DNA from: an uncultured Christensenella sp.
GTDB taxonomy: Bacteria > Bacillota > Clostridia > Christensenellales > UBA1242
DNA length: 64,000 bases
Assembly (NCBI GenBank): GCA_949841595.1
Contig: CATKZB010000005.1
Location: 2,178-66,177, forward strand
Direction of reading: 5' to 3'
The position numbers and the translations under genes were made by a program. Under the pieces are notes generated by a model. It did no database searches. It was not told the origin of the DNA and was given only the letters and a program-made list of their open reading frames with translations. Of the stretch, positions 27,001-29,953 are shown piece by piece. How positions within the stretch are numbered: position 1 is the first letter of the stretch; every line of letters starts with the position of its first letter.

Positions 27001-29846
27001 TCGGTTTCCGTTATGATAATTCAATTCAAGATGAAAATGTCAGAATTGATGGAAAAGGCACAAGTGTTGTTAAAGTTTATTATTCAAGAAATTATTACAA
27101 TTTGATTATAAATCTAGATAACAACATTGACGAAGTTTCTATTTCAACAGAAACAGCGACTCATAGAGTTGTGTCAACAACAGCAAAAGCAGTTACATAT
27201 GCAGTTAAATATCAAGATAAGGTGACTCTAAGCCTTGTTGAAGCTGCAGGTTACAGCAATGGAAGTTTCTCTGTTGATATTGAAAACAGTGTTGAAGGTG
27301 CAATATTAGAAAGCGATAACTTTACAATATATATGAAAGGTGGCTCTGAGCTAAATCCTAAGGCTGGCAACATAACACTTAATACATCTGCTGAGGCTAA
27401 CAAAGATACTCAATTTACTATCAATGTATACAAACAAAACTTTGAAATGAACTATGATGAAACTCCTGATTATACAACATATTCAACTGGAGAAACCGAC
27501 AGTGAGATCTCTGTTGAAGTTGTTCAAAAACTTGTTGAAGAAAATGAAGCTTTTGATTTTGTTGGATTCACATTTGCACAAGTTATGTTTGTGAATGGAA
27601 CCACAATTTCTGGAAAAGGTGATACTGTTGTAAATGTTTATTACTCAAGAAATTTCCATGTTGTTCAAATAAACACAACAAATATCAAAGCCATAGCTGA
27701 AATTCCAGAAGGTGGAAGATACTTGTTTGGACAAGAGCTTGAATTCAACATTGTAGTTAAACAAGGTTATTCACTTGATTGTGTGGCAGGCTTTGCTTTA
27801 ACAAATTCTGAGGGTGAAGATTGGAGCGACTATGTTGTTGAACAAAATGACAATGTTTACACAGTTAAATTTACACTCCCTGATTTTGATGTCAACATCA
27901 AGGTGATGCCAGAAACAAACAAAGACACTGAATACACTGTTGTTTATCTGTTCCAGACACTTGAACTGGGATTGGACTATGTTGAAAATGAAATCTTTGA
28001 AAGAGTTGTCAAAACTGGAGAAACTGATGCACAAATAACAAGAGAAGGGCTTAACATTGATGAAATCAATTTGCAAGGATTCAATTTCTCTTATACATCA
28101 GTGGACACAACCCCAACATTCATCAATGGAGATGGCTCAACAATTGTTTACATCTATTTCAACAGAATGGTAAATTCTGTAAGCTTTGAATTTGTTGATG
28201 AAATGCATGGTTATATCTCAGAATCGCTTGTTGTTACAGTAAATGGAAAGCCAGCAAGTCAATTGTCAGATTTTACTTGGAATGTGGCATACGAACAAAC
28301 TTTTGTTGCTTCATTTGAAATGCATCCTGGATTTACCTTTGAAGGTTTTGAAGTGAATGGTGTTCCACAAGCCGAAACAACAGGACAGTCAATAACTTTG
28401 AATATGGGACTAGAAAACATCCAGATTAAGATAACAATTGTTGCAAGCACAGACACAAAATATCATGTTGAATATTACAAGCAAAATTTGGATGGAGAAG
28501 ACTCATTTGAATTGGTTTGGACAATTGAAAAAACAGGAACAACTCATACTGTGATTTTGCCTGAGATAATCCAAACAGAATTTGTTGACAACATAACCTC
28601 TCTTGAAGGTTATGACGAAGAGATGTTTAAGGGCTTGGAATTTGGTTATTACACAGCTTTGATGTATGGTGAAGATGCAACTGCGTTTATTCAAATTGCA
28701 GGAGATGGTTCAACAATAATCAGAATTTATTACACAAGAAGGATGATAAATGTTTCTATCACCTTTGATGAAACTCAGATTTTCTCTGTTTCTGGTCAAG
28801 GAAGATATGCATTTGGAAGCGAAATCACAATTTCAGCAACTCCAAGACAAGGATATAAATTTGATCATTGGATTATCAAAGGGGAAAGTATAACTGAAAA
28901 TGAATATACATTTGTGCTGGATGAAGATGTTGATATTGAAATTGTTTTGATTTCTGATTTTGGCGAAACAAATTACACTGTTGAACATTATTTCGAACAA
29001 ATTGAGGGAATTGAATACGAACTTAGATTTACTGAAAATAAAGTCGGAACAACAGGCAGTGCTGTTGTGATCGAAGAAATTCTGAAAGACATAGAAGGAT
29101 TTGAATATTCTCAATATTCAATAAGCAGTCCAAATTATGTTCTTGCTGGAGATGGAAGTTCAGTTGTCAGAATTTACTATACTTTGAAAGTGATTGAATT
29201 TAAAGTTTCTTATTCAAGTGGAATCAAGTCTATCACAGTGGAAGGATATAACAATTCTAGAAACTTGGAACTTGTGGGAACTGATCCTGTGACAGGAGTT
29301 TTGACTTACAGGTCTAAATATTCAAAGAGATTGAGTTTGAGTGTTGAACTTGAAGAGGGATTTGAACTTTATGGTTGGATTTTGAATGACAACAAACAAC
29401 CAGAACTCAATTCAAATGAAACTCGAGGATATTTGTTTGATGTGAGAAGTGAAGATTTCAGTTTGAGAGCAATTGCAATCACAAAACTTATCACAATAAG
29501 ATTCAATCCAAATAATGGTTCAAGTGAAATCATTGAAATGCAAGTTTATTACGGAAGTGAAAATGTAAGACTTAGAAAAAACACTTTCACAAACGGAAAT
29601 AACAAGTTTGTGGGTTGGGCTCTTTCTGCTGATGGAGATGTTGCATATTTTGACGAAGATGTAATTGAAATTGTTGATTTCAATGAAACATTGACTCTTT
29701 ATGCAGTCTGGGAGGCGCAACCTGGAAGCAATTGGTGGATTTATCTATTGATTGTGCTTTTGATTTTGCTTCTGTTATTGTTTATCATAATTCTTATCAT
29801 GAGAAAACGCAGAAAAGACAGAAACAGAATGATGAGCAAACAATAA
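6..29846 (+). CDS. giant modular cell-surface protein (putative adhesin/fibre), 5'-truncated by the window edge; at least 9,946 aa
   Basis: One stop-free frame runs from the window edge to TAA at 29844-29846, and it is open back to nt 3. The nominal TTG at nt 6 has no SD, and the first residues are not a signal peptide. The translation is strongly modular: 3 LamG-like units, about 55 GY(T/S)F.GW Listeria-Bacteroides repeats, about 20 MucBP-like modules paired with divergent InlB B-repeats, and a C-terminal hydrophobic helix plus basic tail. A rho-independent terminator follows. Confidence 0.9.
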   Translation: MPVLLNNISNLLTYGNVNLEWTGPWDFKDKWVYSNITTTGSAVDSYHLVTKPFMTYTEGSHHKVYLYNTKSDVTQGVLAYVATTNSVVTSSQLWFSETGYQHKWAYNPEGYGLDSVKITEDCDLYTIWSPISSTVTLNPDGGSLNSPSSMTADYGTILNIQDPTKTGYTFKGWTGDTAYIGANDEKTFNGTSDFYTLDKKYKFKDAITVNLWGYMDNWAEYGTSEWAMRMISCTEGGGWDIQSSNSGQVHFGIYDEGKGYKNIVSNTLYWKDLTSGWHMFTLTFGGQTATAYVDGNSIGSSVITSGRIGYNANNTIFVGAEAGGNATTAASSYFKGKIRNVTVANTTLTYEEISKLYVQTLGWTTDYDYVGRNDEKTFSADSDEYTIDKKYKYNDKFTVNFWAYMDDWDNFPTGSRLFDAGSWYVYRSGSSIVVYGLNGSVSRSLGSLSTLGSGWHMFTISYTYGSQLCWGVDGNISTLTTGITRPSITTANIKIGTKFRGKIKNVSIIHNALSREQLRYLYTTNLGWTSDKGYVDKSYERTFNGTSDYFTIDRKYMFEDAITVNLWGYMDDWTGYGVNDWAMRMISCTESGGWNIESTPDGFIKFAIFDKGVDYLALTAEKEWKNLSSGWHMFTLTFNGNQAFAYVDGETINSVSLTSKKIGYHPSNSIFVGAEAAGSATASGGCYFKGKIKNIQILNYAINNVYNLYKSGPSGQLVDFDTAYSTHFMAGDDTLTANWETGVYRVVLDNQEATTAGTEAVWLKYNTNWFADNNGAISNSSITSITVPKKTGNAFGGYYTEPNGNGTQIINASGTFVSTTCLSESCTLYAKWTYVAPPTIERATYVQNGKEGFYVYAYVTSQGTIQQVQTLTRNVETGQNYPADGWWYNSAARMTLGDYIVDEETYNYRIYIDLANFDYNYTPYWTLIRAYDTVGNGGDGKNDVTVNVKLGFDVTFEKGPATGGTDSVFAYYGENMPGVHGESDDDYIDMPTPPAGYYQGIYYSGTEYTESATILPTYSNLNIRRVSFEGESYESTIFQKGTYVYFDFALNTDNESTIKENFDYVSINDKILGAVFDGNRVYGSYTIGEGVQYLGKYSFIDFKTKDLNNLDIIGVNKLYVIQPEDKSYYDCDGYYNCTMDVADDMTLFLQLEGDIFNITLDNQDANTTGTTRIQLEYASRWWLQGKEIAVITKPEKDGNSFGGYFTEANGAGKQIIDANGNILPGNTTFTTANTTIYAKWEASSFTVTADANGGTITDLPAEWTMVEGSDDTKATETVQYGGTYISLPSAERTGYTFAGWFTLPVGGTKIETTSIFEGVNDSTVIYAQWTANRYEISLDATTGGSSPASVWVDFDSSDLFDSDGVTVNPVATKEGLNFAGWYLQGTETLLISSEGSLIASVDGYTNENAQWIRDGGVSLVAKWNAMTYVLKFMDGETELNSTNKVYGTAFTADELFTPTKMGYTFGGWFANDKFTGDAVVVDSVFGTITATFDDVSTEGTNAYIYAKWNAITYELAYETNGGEPITQTREKEYNTKFTENELPTPTRKGYTFLGWFKNVALTGDNLTTEDSFNENSATFVTSTENKVTAYIYAKWSVNTIEVTLNLNKANGETTDKTSTNPTFEGVTASAGDANLAVVYITYATTNIYASRSGENYPYAPVGSVVNPKATRVGYSFAGWFTAETAGEKIIDEQGNLVSAFAASGVDGLMLYAQWTANSYSITYNQNKPDVASSTVEGTTTNSVHHFDESTNLTENDFTLTGWSFAGWNTQADGSGEAYSNGQSVLNLTNQNNIEIVFYAQWTANTYTLNYNTNGGNEIESVQKTYDTAFTASELQAPVKDGYTFVGWYNNSGFATLVSVGDIFNSAKATFAEIGQKDTNATIFAMWNASRFTVTADANGGTITDGTGGWGVVANTENSRATKQITHGELYGTLPTTSRVGYTLLGWFTSIEGGTQITDASVFEGVDDSTVVYAHWQANTVQVTLDLNKANGTTSSPSFVEVSAIEGNNSKAFVYITYETKNIYGSRNGDVYPYAPVGDVIAPKAERDGYRFNGWFNGNTKVIDENGVLCENWTLKGEDGYGLLANWTALSYTITLDATTNGGSGGETSHSVKFDEQVKNISSLPSKEGYSFSGYYTEAENGTQIFSNEGAIIPNVSGYTGANGIWNFADNITLYAQFGVREFNVTASANGGTISVLNGWNGNAGDTAVSKGVKFGTSYGTLPVAERLGYTFLGWANSQDATTANITVETLGSAYDQNIWAVWQIDSYTITYKDGENEISDLIPTSYTVESNSVLPTYTKTGYAFLGWETLEDSGSWKVGQTYLNTSLNGKYGDVVLVAKWNANKHVITLNQNGATISSDPTSLEIVYETSPKLLIINPERTGYTFEGWAADENGTLLVVNTKGELLKNVNKFTNELGQWIRDEDVTLFAKWSGNKYTITYKANGGVGDDQTQEVIFGSAFTTKSNTTFTRTGYTLSSWDGEYSVVSTSYIYNTADDTVLNAQWTANNYKVSLDRQGATNGTQVVYLKYNTAWILADENENITTTVIESVTVPSRSGFNFNGYYTATNGVGNQIIDKDGKLVGSLTFTSDNTTIYACWTANRYEIVLNLEGGSLLAGSVVNNILYAEYGSSSIYLNAEGMAVSVPRATKNGYSFAGWWTAANAGNQIIDENGEYVVSSIFTNANKEWIGTTGTSLYAQWTADVYTITYDANGGEFASGINGSQTYKIDDDSVVIYGNNQVSRKGYTLQWKAEIVQGSTVSTIWSNATSESGYLAPSANVVGAYGNVKLVAQWTPKTTNIVLNLILNGGVGPTRHTAEYGQVVAQIQYSGEKPVGITTVAWKTGYTFDGFYTADGSGYKLFNNDGTVVETAVAGWLEEGGIWAWDEDILSGEKTNEVTLYAHWSANKYVLNYTVGEGVSKIVIAGSLDNGEKTTSGSVEAVYGQTVTFTAVPQEGYSITNWTAGTTANPTKHVGSVTTGANATANYTFVLNNSLFGVEEGATIPSNAVYYLASHATANEVQYRIQYRLQNADGTYGSANILGDYDALTGSVILLEEVKTTVGTVNGYNYAGNRYYTNSSASATGSNAESFMVLGDGSLVIELDYNFATYTITYEGGNGSYWLYGAKNTQNYTIFDEIQLKTSENIRRTGYVLSAWTPNNQGNWGTIDIAVDSVVSRGKYGDVTLTAVWTLESFDISYVLYNGNFVNGFTAPNSYTFTTSAVTLPTASNVNRLGYEFAGWKESISIKKWHNGFINATNGNFEISETYANSVYSEAFTLKAGKNYTLNDFAGDFRFAIFDLEGNYIESVYNRSYSPTQDVVVWLLLYSGATEAEKSAINISCDEVVETISTHSLGHRNYSALWTANKIEVELNLNDVNSGNGSTVATISPALEENKVYVKYDSKYVYANLSTTVSISPVAIRDGYTFLGWFTQDENKIFNADGTLIENWTSTEKVVLYAHWQANSYTVTLNGNGGSVTSLTLSANSNLQISTENSVVTATFDKEGTFNTTLSRTGFTFKGWSLSANEMSVDGITNGVIAGSNGTYTSTSTKILNLANSGNVDLFAIWEADYVEVSLELNKGEGSTNPTITQAVVYAKYGSTYSEAVTDKSNASTTKTGLLVPSRDGYTFAGWWTAQTGGTQITNSSVVSGTYEDGVYKTTLYAHWTANTYNVTYFKNSGDTTSVADTAKATFDQDYTVLAETNALFDFKVEGYTFANWQTSPTGGTIYNVGTIKYTAVGDLFLYAIRNINSYTVNYDANDSNYQGKATLIDGKTSSSVYLYTASTDISSRYTRTGYDFVAWNTSADGTGKTITDTNNIGLVSDANGSITLYAIWKPEAVKYTVYHMTQNVDAAVAGKTAFTVIDKSNYSQNSVETKEAQSGETLSQEILDGLYKSVAGFEKSETIVTNTDAFVVQADGTLEIYLLYLRQKQNNLVVSIGTGVASVSAKGFETRNITGVTVDDVITFSGIYFGESVTVSASTLSGYNNPTFTILNNSIESLTNNTFTMPNNEAKLSVSAVAGQVGYKINVYLMDVNGNYSVTESEVISDGLFATTDTEVLINSSIYTKTGFAFDSENANNVLKLTVSGDGTTTFKLYFERNKYNFIVSGVVNGNASSIAPNSVKVNNLAVSSYREQHYFEETVSISELVLHAGYDYIGYQITGAEKVDESAFSAKSVSVQAKDTEIKLYFTGKPFDIEYVLNDGTNVETNPTSYTTDTKAQTLKILNPTKTGYNFADWTVTFFDGTQINISDGNLIISANTYGKIVLTANWDAKEIEITLNQNGATTEGTTKVVAVYETTSEFEIVNPQKVGYTFLGWTTALNGEIYVVDTTGKLLSDVEGFTTSGKWTNAENVTLFAAWEANSYTVVFDGNGNTSGETASMSLKYGEKANLTANGFEKLGYTFIGWSTTANGEVVYDDEAEIENLTAENGAQVVLYAKWLPNTNSTYKVLVYQQDTDGNYDLTVFATDNRTGTTDSEISFEVGSTSISINGKVYEYAGFSLDATKTGITDTTKKTILADGSQEIKLYFSRNEYTLTILPNGGTYDGSDSSVTIKGLYEKTITLSVPQREGYDFEKWTLSGEGNISGNAYTFGLGNDTLTAEWTILSYTLNLSSDEGFKSVDATGDNVTIEEGVITVVYSSTVRLTYSLKDGYTFKAWNTTDATVSGNVFTMPAKNVSIEAVSEANSYTIRLNLNGGEGGSNTVDLSAKYDTPIALTTVETLGWSKPGFNFNGWALTEDATIGKYADGETVSNLATSGVFNLFAVWGAKMYSITFDSNGGEGSIPAMMNIPFESNVTLTLNNDAMAKTGYTFLGWSEDATATSPTYLDGATFKYTKVGAMTLHAVWKANSYTIVYNENTVDINGDALYGTVTGLTTETSATYNQKVTLNSNGFILTGYTFKGWKDKATDTVYEAGSTTTTAPNFTSEADGTYTLYAVWEAKTSTIQIVKETETIETIVLTYGKAYIDSDVKVVENIKPYEKVGYNVVGFKTSEEITFIDSLGNLMYNVSGLTKDGVWIAEDDFIANPQYIAKEYKVNFNVTDTDPSTTSDPTVPYENKLVSYDSTFGGNGVWPTPTLSGYFFDGWSTQSNYRAVALQVYCDLYNAGQPEENKKTLEQIRAEIQAKETTDNATYIFTRGEAKDAVEYVYVLTNYDSTNKVAMPTTTLVDVDVVQSSYILATDKITSDKSYFAQLESEAGLTVYATWIGRTDIRYTVYYLLEEVIIDKEVSDFKERSENTSYPDVVTNVGDKINHTINGVKRTYKLLKFETYDDALIADKVENYIHKYDIKGFNYCYYEYQDDTIQSVGNVGVSKIYAFYNRQQYELTLEAGVGISSVSAAVNDGVVKVSEGNYLVKYDAEVVLTYELKNAGYEFAGWVNGTGFTAVTVANGKFNMPSTELGVYLTATAKALEVEYKVEYYKQKLGSQEFEKDETLNKTLKGVTDTLAPILTLCGNVFGDGYNYSYYTVQSTKISTPVENGSLNIEGDGSLVIRLYYQRNAYSLAVERLEGDNGIASITGSGNYDFAEEVTVVAVVKPGYVFEGFKSSNKTIFADVAASDCEVSFDEETKLTTYSYTFNMPASALVLTAVTSKYLNTSFNIVYMFEERDQVGVYAENDTLSSGFAKTGNGETESNVTLAMIQTANKGRVPTVSGFEYANFGVLKDNNFEAVEIKGDGTSVVYVYYSRLTFTLTINYYRVDTTTEMASSFSIDVIHEGSYTKLSPEIIGYTADQTSVSWTMAGEDKTINVYYTPKTYVLTYDAGSGTVPSATVNFTIEDEITLSTPTNAGYKFLGWRVATVSTETNFVEGALLVDKIEKGAYGNVTLNAEYEAKSNKVVYNMTNTVLVSGAENITSGSTFSATVKAAEGYTLPGTIAVLVDGKPFENFTYENGVIQIAGTYVTGEITINVTSVANKYNAIVNTLHTQIKVEDDSEFVDTKTQEVSTGTTLTIYAKADEGYGTSGIVITVESGKATLSEVNELNGIYSVVVSGYTDSFTIVATASVNSYTLTVNPAKGVFNGSETSVTYIRNYKETVEISNPTREGYDFVEWQLSATVGETAKGKLENGVFTFGAGDDTLTAVWSPKRYEVVLNFNDSTFNNGSTNADISTVLTNEGQTLEISSGLLSMFVEFDNIYSKLYTSENGTDYVLFNDLVATRTGYTFTKWSSSVAGEDSVTENTKCETTSSLTIFAIWSANSYTLTVSRNLEEKLTVDVANATKTAEDVYSVKFDSKVTLTANVETGYHFTSWIEEDDVLSTQSQFEYSFVTAGNVTIKANATANSYTISYDSNGGEGLVADTNATYDVEVVLSNGEGFSKVGYTLSAWSFNGTTYQIGGKALNLTSADNGNVTMTAVWTANTYTIAFDVNGGSAISNMTADYNTAEEIVGKTTKKGYNFVGWSTSNGDESDSIEIDDLGEYEDITTYLVETNKIAGIYRYENKYYAFNLSATVQTITVYAIWEEGASSYKVEYYLKGLDDEYILDSEIVEEGLTIVSNSREISENVMTGMEVLIPQVEYKGFTLDLGVEGTLTNGVVLGDGSLTLKLFYTRNTYTVDFIVPDKGVKSSTATGEYQISTNVFKFNSSVTITVEEEKGYKFDNLTYLENTITTKTHTFNIQENVTIKIHVSALAYDYVVKFKFESLDDSNIYETDENISDVTLTANVDTEITYDMIKDSIQSVEGFTYKDFETGLVVKAVVEAEDKPTEVVVRYSRNIYQLVLQKTTGVEDISATTDDFYVVEDANNAVEDTKLYNVRYEAEVTLSCTVKTGYEFGSWSSNLVEGNKLDKMPAQNLTIYANLNKLQVKVSIRYNLENFAGTGYEVYKQMGEHGEEIYLDTAYGYTDSEIEQISDLKADVDGDSFILKTIEGFAYSTFESGVFVSGDGSTILDVYYLRNSVEINIDMTEGIESVIASASEEAGAYSFNYTYTEKAMFTAKYGATIVLEYQLVMVGVESGYTWVEFTGGVTKLDDVYSIVVGTEDINIMAVAKNNEYIITFQGNGGEYKEVVSEGTETEETVSSILTTLTQNVIYNRDVTLNANTFLREGYVFAGWNTQADGMGEAYEDGKTFTYLIIGNLELFAQWTPITYNIEYVANGGTGSMLGHENVAYDEDVTLRENEFARIGYTFNGWSYEADNTEIKYISKDTTTIRNLTASAGKTVTLKAEWLENTYTIVYNSNYSSVSDNADETTETESYNYSEEITVKSITEFNYSVTGYKFIGWAMEGVENHLMPDDKVSMLTAKDKDQVVLKAVWEAITYKIAFDKNTGIGEMAEISAVYDLPVTLPENTFTKIGYDFAGWALSADGEVAYLNKADVENLTSEEGETVTLFAVWETKTYTITYMPNGGIFDSTLTLTDESYVYEFTIEDSIQLLDQSKLSKVGHTLLGYTFVGETIEGNWKEIFIADINLNTLSSLTLDAGIYGNVTLAAKWQVNTYKLTIKYQFANGDTAAETLISDVNYGDSYSVASPVVVGYTPDVSTVVGTMDDVNGKSYTVTYAANVYTLTFNTNKVVGTGDVEFDYETAKVVYDDTYANAYIVVDEETVKIGLPTPQREGYSFGGWFFTTAYENEVLANQTVKIVTDTTIYAKWITETNTRYFVDYKFESLDGSEFVIDTTLQNTLTGVGTTDTAVTEDMVKALTANAYPIISGYSYKNIELTTITADGNARVVVNYVRNYYDLAVTAGDGIDTVSVSTTQTPSESQELDFYIENRENGHYSVRFGATVVLSYTIENVGYEFARYNTSDVEITDDSFDMVAKTVNVIVEAKAKRYIIEFVGNNGTFVEDEQTKNTYRQEGENVVYKAPVRLTENKFTRNGYSFLGWATSQADADNKIVSYADTAEFTLEEYVEIVNLYAVWGPMRYDLVVTGDIGIDKAKIVIYVDGTKVESDENKLSVYFDSNVKVYVTDTEETTTAVKGGYDFNCFKVNDIVVGNDEYCEFTLSGNTTVSLTTTPRNDTLFKVVYQKENLGKTGYTDVKEKIVEGTTDKVVTYEYLSQLKLIENYEGFVYSTFTDGNENEAISIVYSNDNPDGYTIVYIRYVRLHYSLVLNKSEGIQALLPQEVVENTVVSIEGESRVYYEAPFNLVLIMSEGYSLDEITVVVKMAQGSSALDEVNTEWALVAKEDGFYYNETKVFGFVYDNQNKYYVIDKMPPFDMEITTESSANDYKIIYNRNLNDEDTTKSEENVKFNSSYSIKHASNLSWAKPGYQFIGWASSKENAENRIAMFEFENTSDLSFDNYQFAYDTELWAIWKAESRDYSIEYYFEELDGTFKLSETAIKTGETDATVSYELLDSTKTVGYTFDENNNENILTGTITAGTNLILKVYYTRNWYSFTINYDSGFKSLSANSGDNLKNETSAEDEFKFVAKVKFGATVSIEKEIYEGFEFVGFAELSATGINFTSEEFVMPKADITLSATTKAKTYTITFQGNGGSFVENGEEKTTYTQEFVYLSSKNLLANKFENTGFNFVGWSITKSDKEEFFGNEETFKYDVAKDLVAVAQWQEDPNTKYTTEYYVQDIEGNYTKVGSVELYGFTHQVITDEMVIAGFAQVSIDKNGYTFGRIRENKPTIAADGTAIVSVEYDLAKFDATFNFAQMDEELGAIGIDNVQVVYNSTNGNVEKTVSHGDVEKVEYTSNIKVKVVPSKGYRFKQITVSGNDINQTYTTLDENGYVTFDMPYKDIEIKIEVEIVKVTIHFHKAIKADETTSTQTVTYLDNVVLNGLFFEAGYTMLGWSDQENGEKIYDIREEIVCDFTEDLHLYAVWQANKYTIAYNNNTGVGTLENTEAVFDQVVELGDETLLSKKGYKFVGWTTNLAENLVIQVEDKDSIKTAGIYFNKTDEKYYALNLATGSESDKVVTLYAYWSAIKYSITYAFEEGSETTKFAGEFEYDKSYNLTAYDMINWTNSGYEFVGWYYYNDNGDRVDIRCEKSETPSVENLTATDGKDVELYVIWGKGKTTFTIRILLETLNGQYGETEGNFLDLTDNEIETEKIVSSEYVYNEYISLMENFEVVGFRYDNSIQDENVRIDGKGTSVVKVYYSRNYYNLIINLDNNIDEVSISTETATHRVVSTTAKAVTYAVKYQDKVTLSLVEAAGYSNGSFSVDIENSVEGAILESDNFTIYMKGGSELNPKAGNITLNTSAEANKDTQFTINVYKQNFEMNYDETPDYTTYSTGETDSEISVEVVQKLVEENEAFDFVGFTFAQVMFVNGTTISGKGDTVVNVYYSRNFHVVQINTTNIKAIAEIPEGGRYLFGQELEFNIVVKQGYSLDCVAGFALTNSEGEDWSDYVVEQNDNVYTVKFTLPDFDVNIKVMPETNKDTEYTVVYLFQTLELGLDYVENEIFERVVKTGETDAQITREGLNIDEINLQGFNFSYTSVDTTPTFINGDGSTIVYIYFNRMVNSVSFEFVDEMHGYISESLVVTVNGKPASQLSDFTWNVAYEQTFVASFEMHPGFTFEGFEVNGVPQAETTGQSITLNMGLENIQIKITIVASTDTKYHVEYYKQNLDGEDSFELVWTIEKTGTTHTVILPEIIQTEFVDNITSLEGYDEEMFKGLEFGYYTALMYGEDATAFIQIAGDGSTIIRIYYTRRMINVSITFDETQIFSVSGQGRYAFGSEITISATPRQGYKFDHWIIKGESITENEYTFVLDEDVDIEIVLISDFGETNYTVEHYFEQIEGIEYELRFTENKVGTTGSAVVIEEILKDIEGFEYSQYSISSPNYVLAGDGSSVVRIYYTLKVIEFKVSYSSGIKSITVEGYNNSRNLELVGTDPVTGVLTYRSKYSKRLSLSVELEEGFELYGWILNDNKQPELNSNETRGYLFDVRSEDFSLRAIAITKLITIRFNPNNGSSEIIEMQVYYGSENVRLRKNTFTNGNNKFVGWALSADGDVAYFDEDVIEIVDFNETLTLYAVWEAQPGSNWWIYLLIVLLILLLLLFIIILIMRKRRKDRNRMMSKQ
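546..2141 (+). repeat. three tandem LamG / concanavalin-A-like (Laminin_G_3-type) modules inside the giant ORF (546-1115, 1116-1610, 1611-2141)
   Basis: A protein pattern of about 165-190 aa repeats three times: (N)DEKTF.G.SD.YT.DKKY.F.D..TVN.W.YMD.W ... GWHMFT.T ... VDG ... IFVGAEA ... YFKGKI.N(V/I). The final 'F.G.I..V.I.N..L' motif is typical of Laminin_G_3 domains. Confidence 0.6.
2230..29715 (+). repeat. protein-level repeat array: Listeria-Bacteroides repeats (Flg_new type), divergent InlB B-repeats (Flg_new_2 type) and MucBP-like modules
   Basis: Units of about 70 aa recur, each ending ...G(Y/F).F.GW....dG..y......(L/I)YA.W. From about nt 11500 there are also about 20 units of about 90 aa (Y.V.YY...dG.Y....G.T......GF.Y.....G.V..DGS....(L/V)YY.R..Y). 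Each is followed by a unit of about 75 aa (..G(V/I).S(V/I)S..G......v.f...VTL.a....GY.F..W......F.MP...v...A). Counts are by eye. Confidence 0.7.
29733..29843 (+). other. C-terminal transmembrane anchor plus basic tail of the giant protein (no LPXTG)
   Basis: The sequence is WWIYLLIVLLILLLLLFIIILIM followed by RKRRKDRNRMMSKQ and the stop codon. The residues before the helix are EAQPGSN, with no LPXTG-like motif. Confidence 0.75.
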
Positions 29847-29854
29847 TGACTAAA

Positions 29855-29885
29855 AAAGGATAGAAAACACTCTATCCTTTTTTTA
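29855..29885 (+). terminator. rho-independent terminator of the giant gene
   Basis: Hairpin aaaggatag / ctatccttt with an 8-nt loop, followed by a T-run, starting 9 nt after the stop codon. Confidence 0.8.
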
Positions 29886-29953
29886 ATCAATTTTCCATTC
29901 ATTTTATTTTGATTTTTAGACAAAATATTATAAACTACATCAAGGAGGGAAAA

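Noticed and set aside
2230-29715. Periodic repeats that might have been a CRISPR array or satellite DNA
   Set aside because: The periodicity is at protein level (modules of about 70-90 aa) within one continuous reading frame. The DNA copies have diverged, and there are no short identical direct repeats with unique spacers.
29909-29953. N-terminal extensions suggested by the ORF track (29909, 33718, 37639, 51629, 56118, 60459, 33512 minus)
   Set aside because: In each case an internal ATG is preceded by a good GGAG-type SD at proper spacing. The longer starts lie in promoter or AT-rich DNA, use TTG/GTG, or overlap a -10 element (56118).
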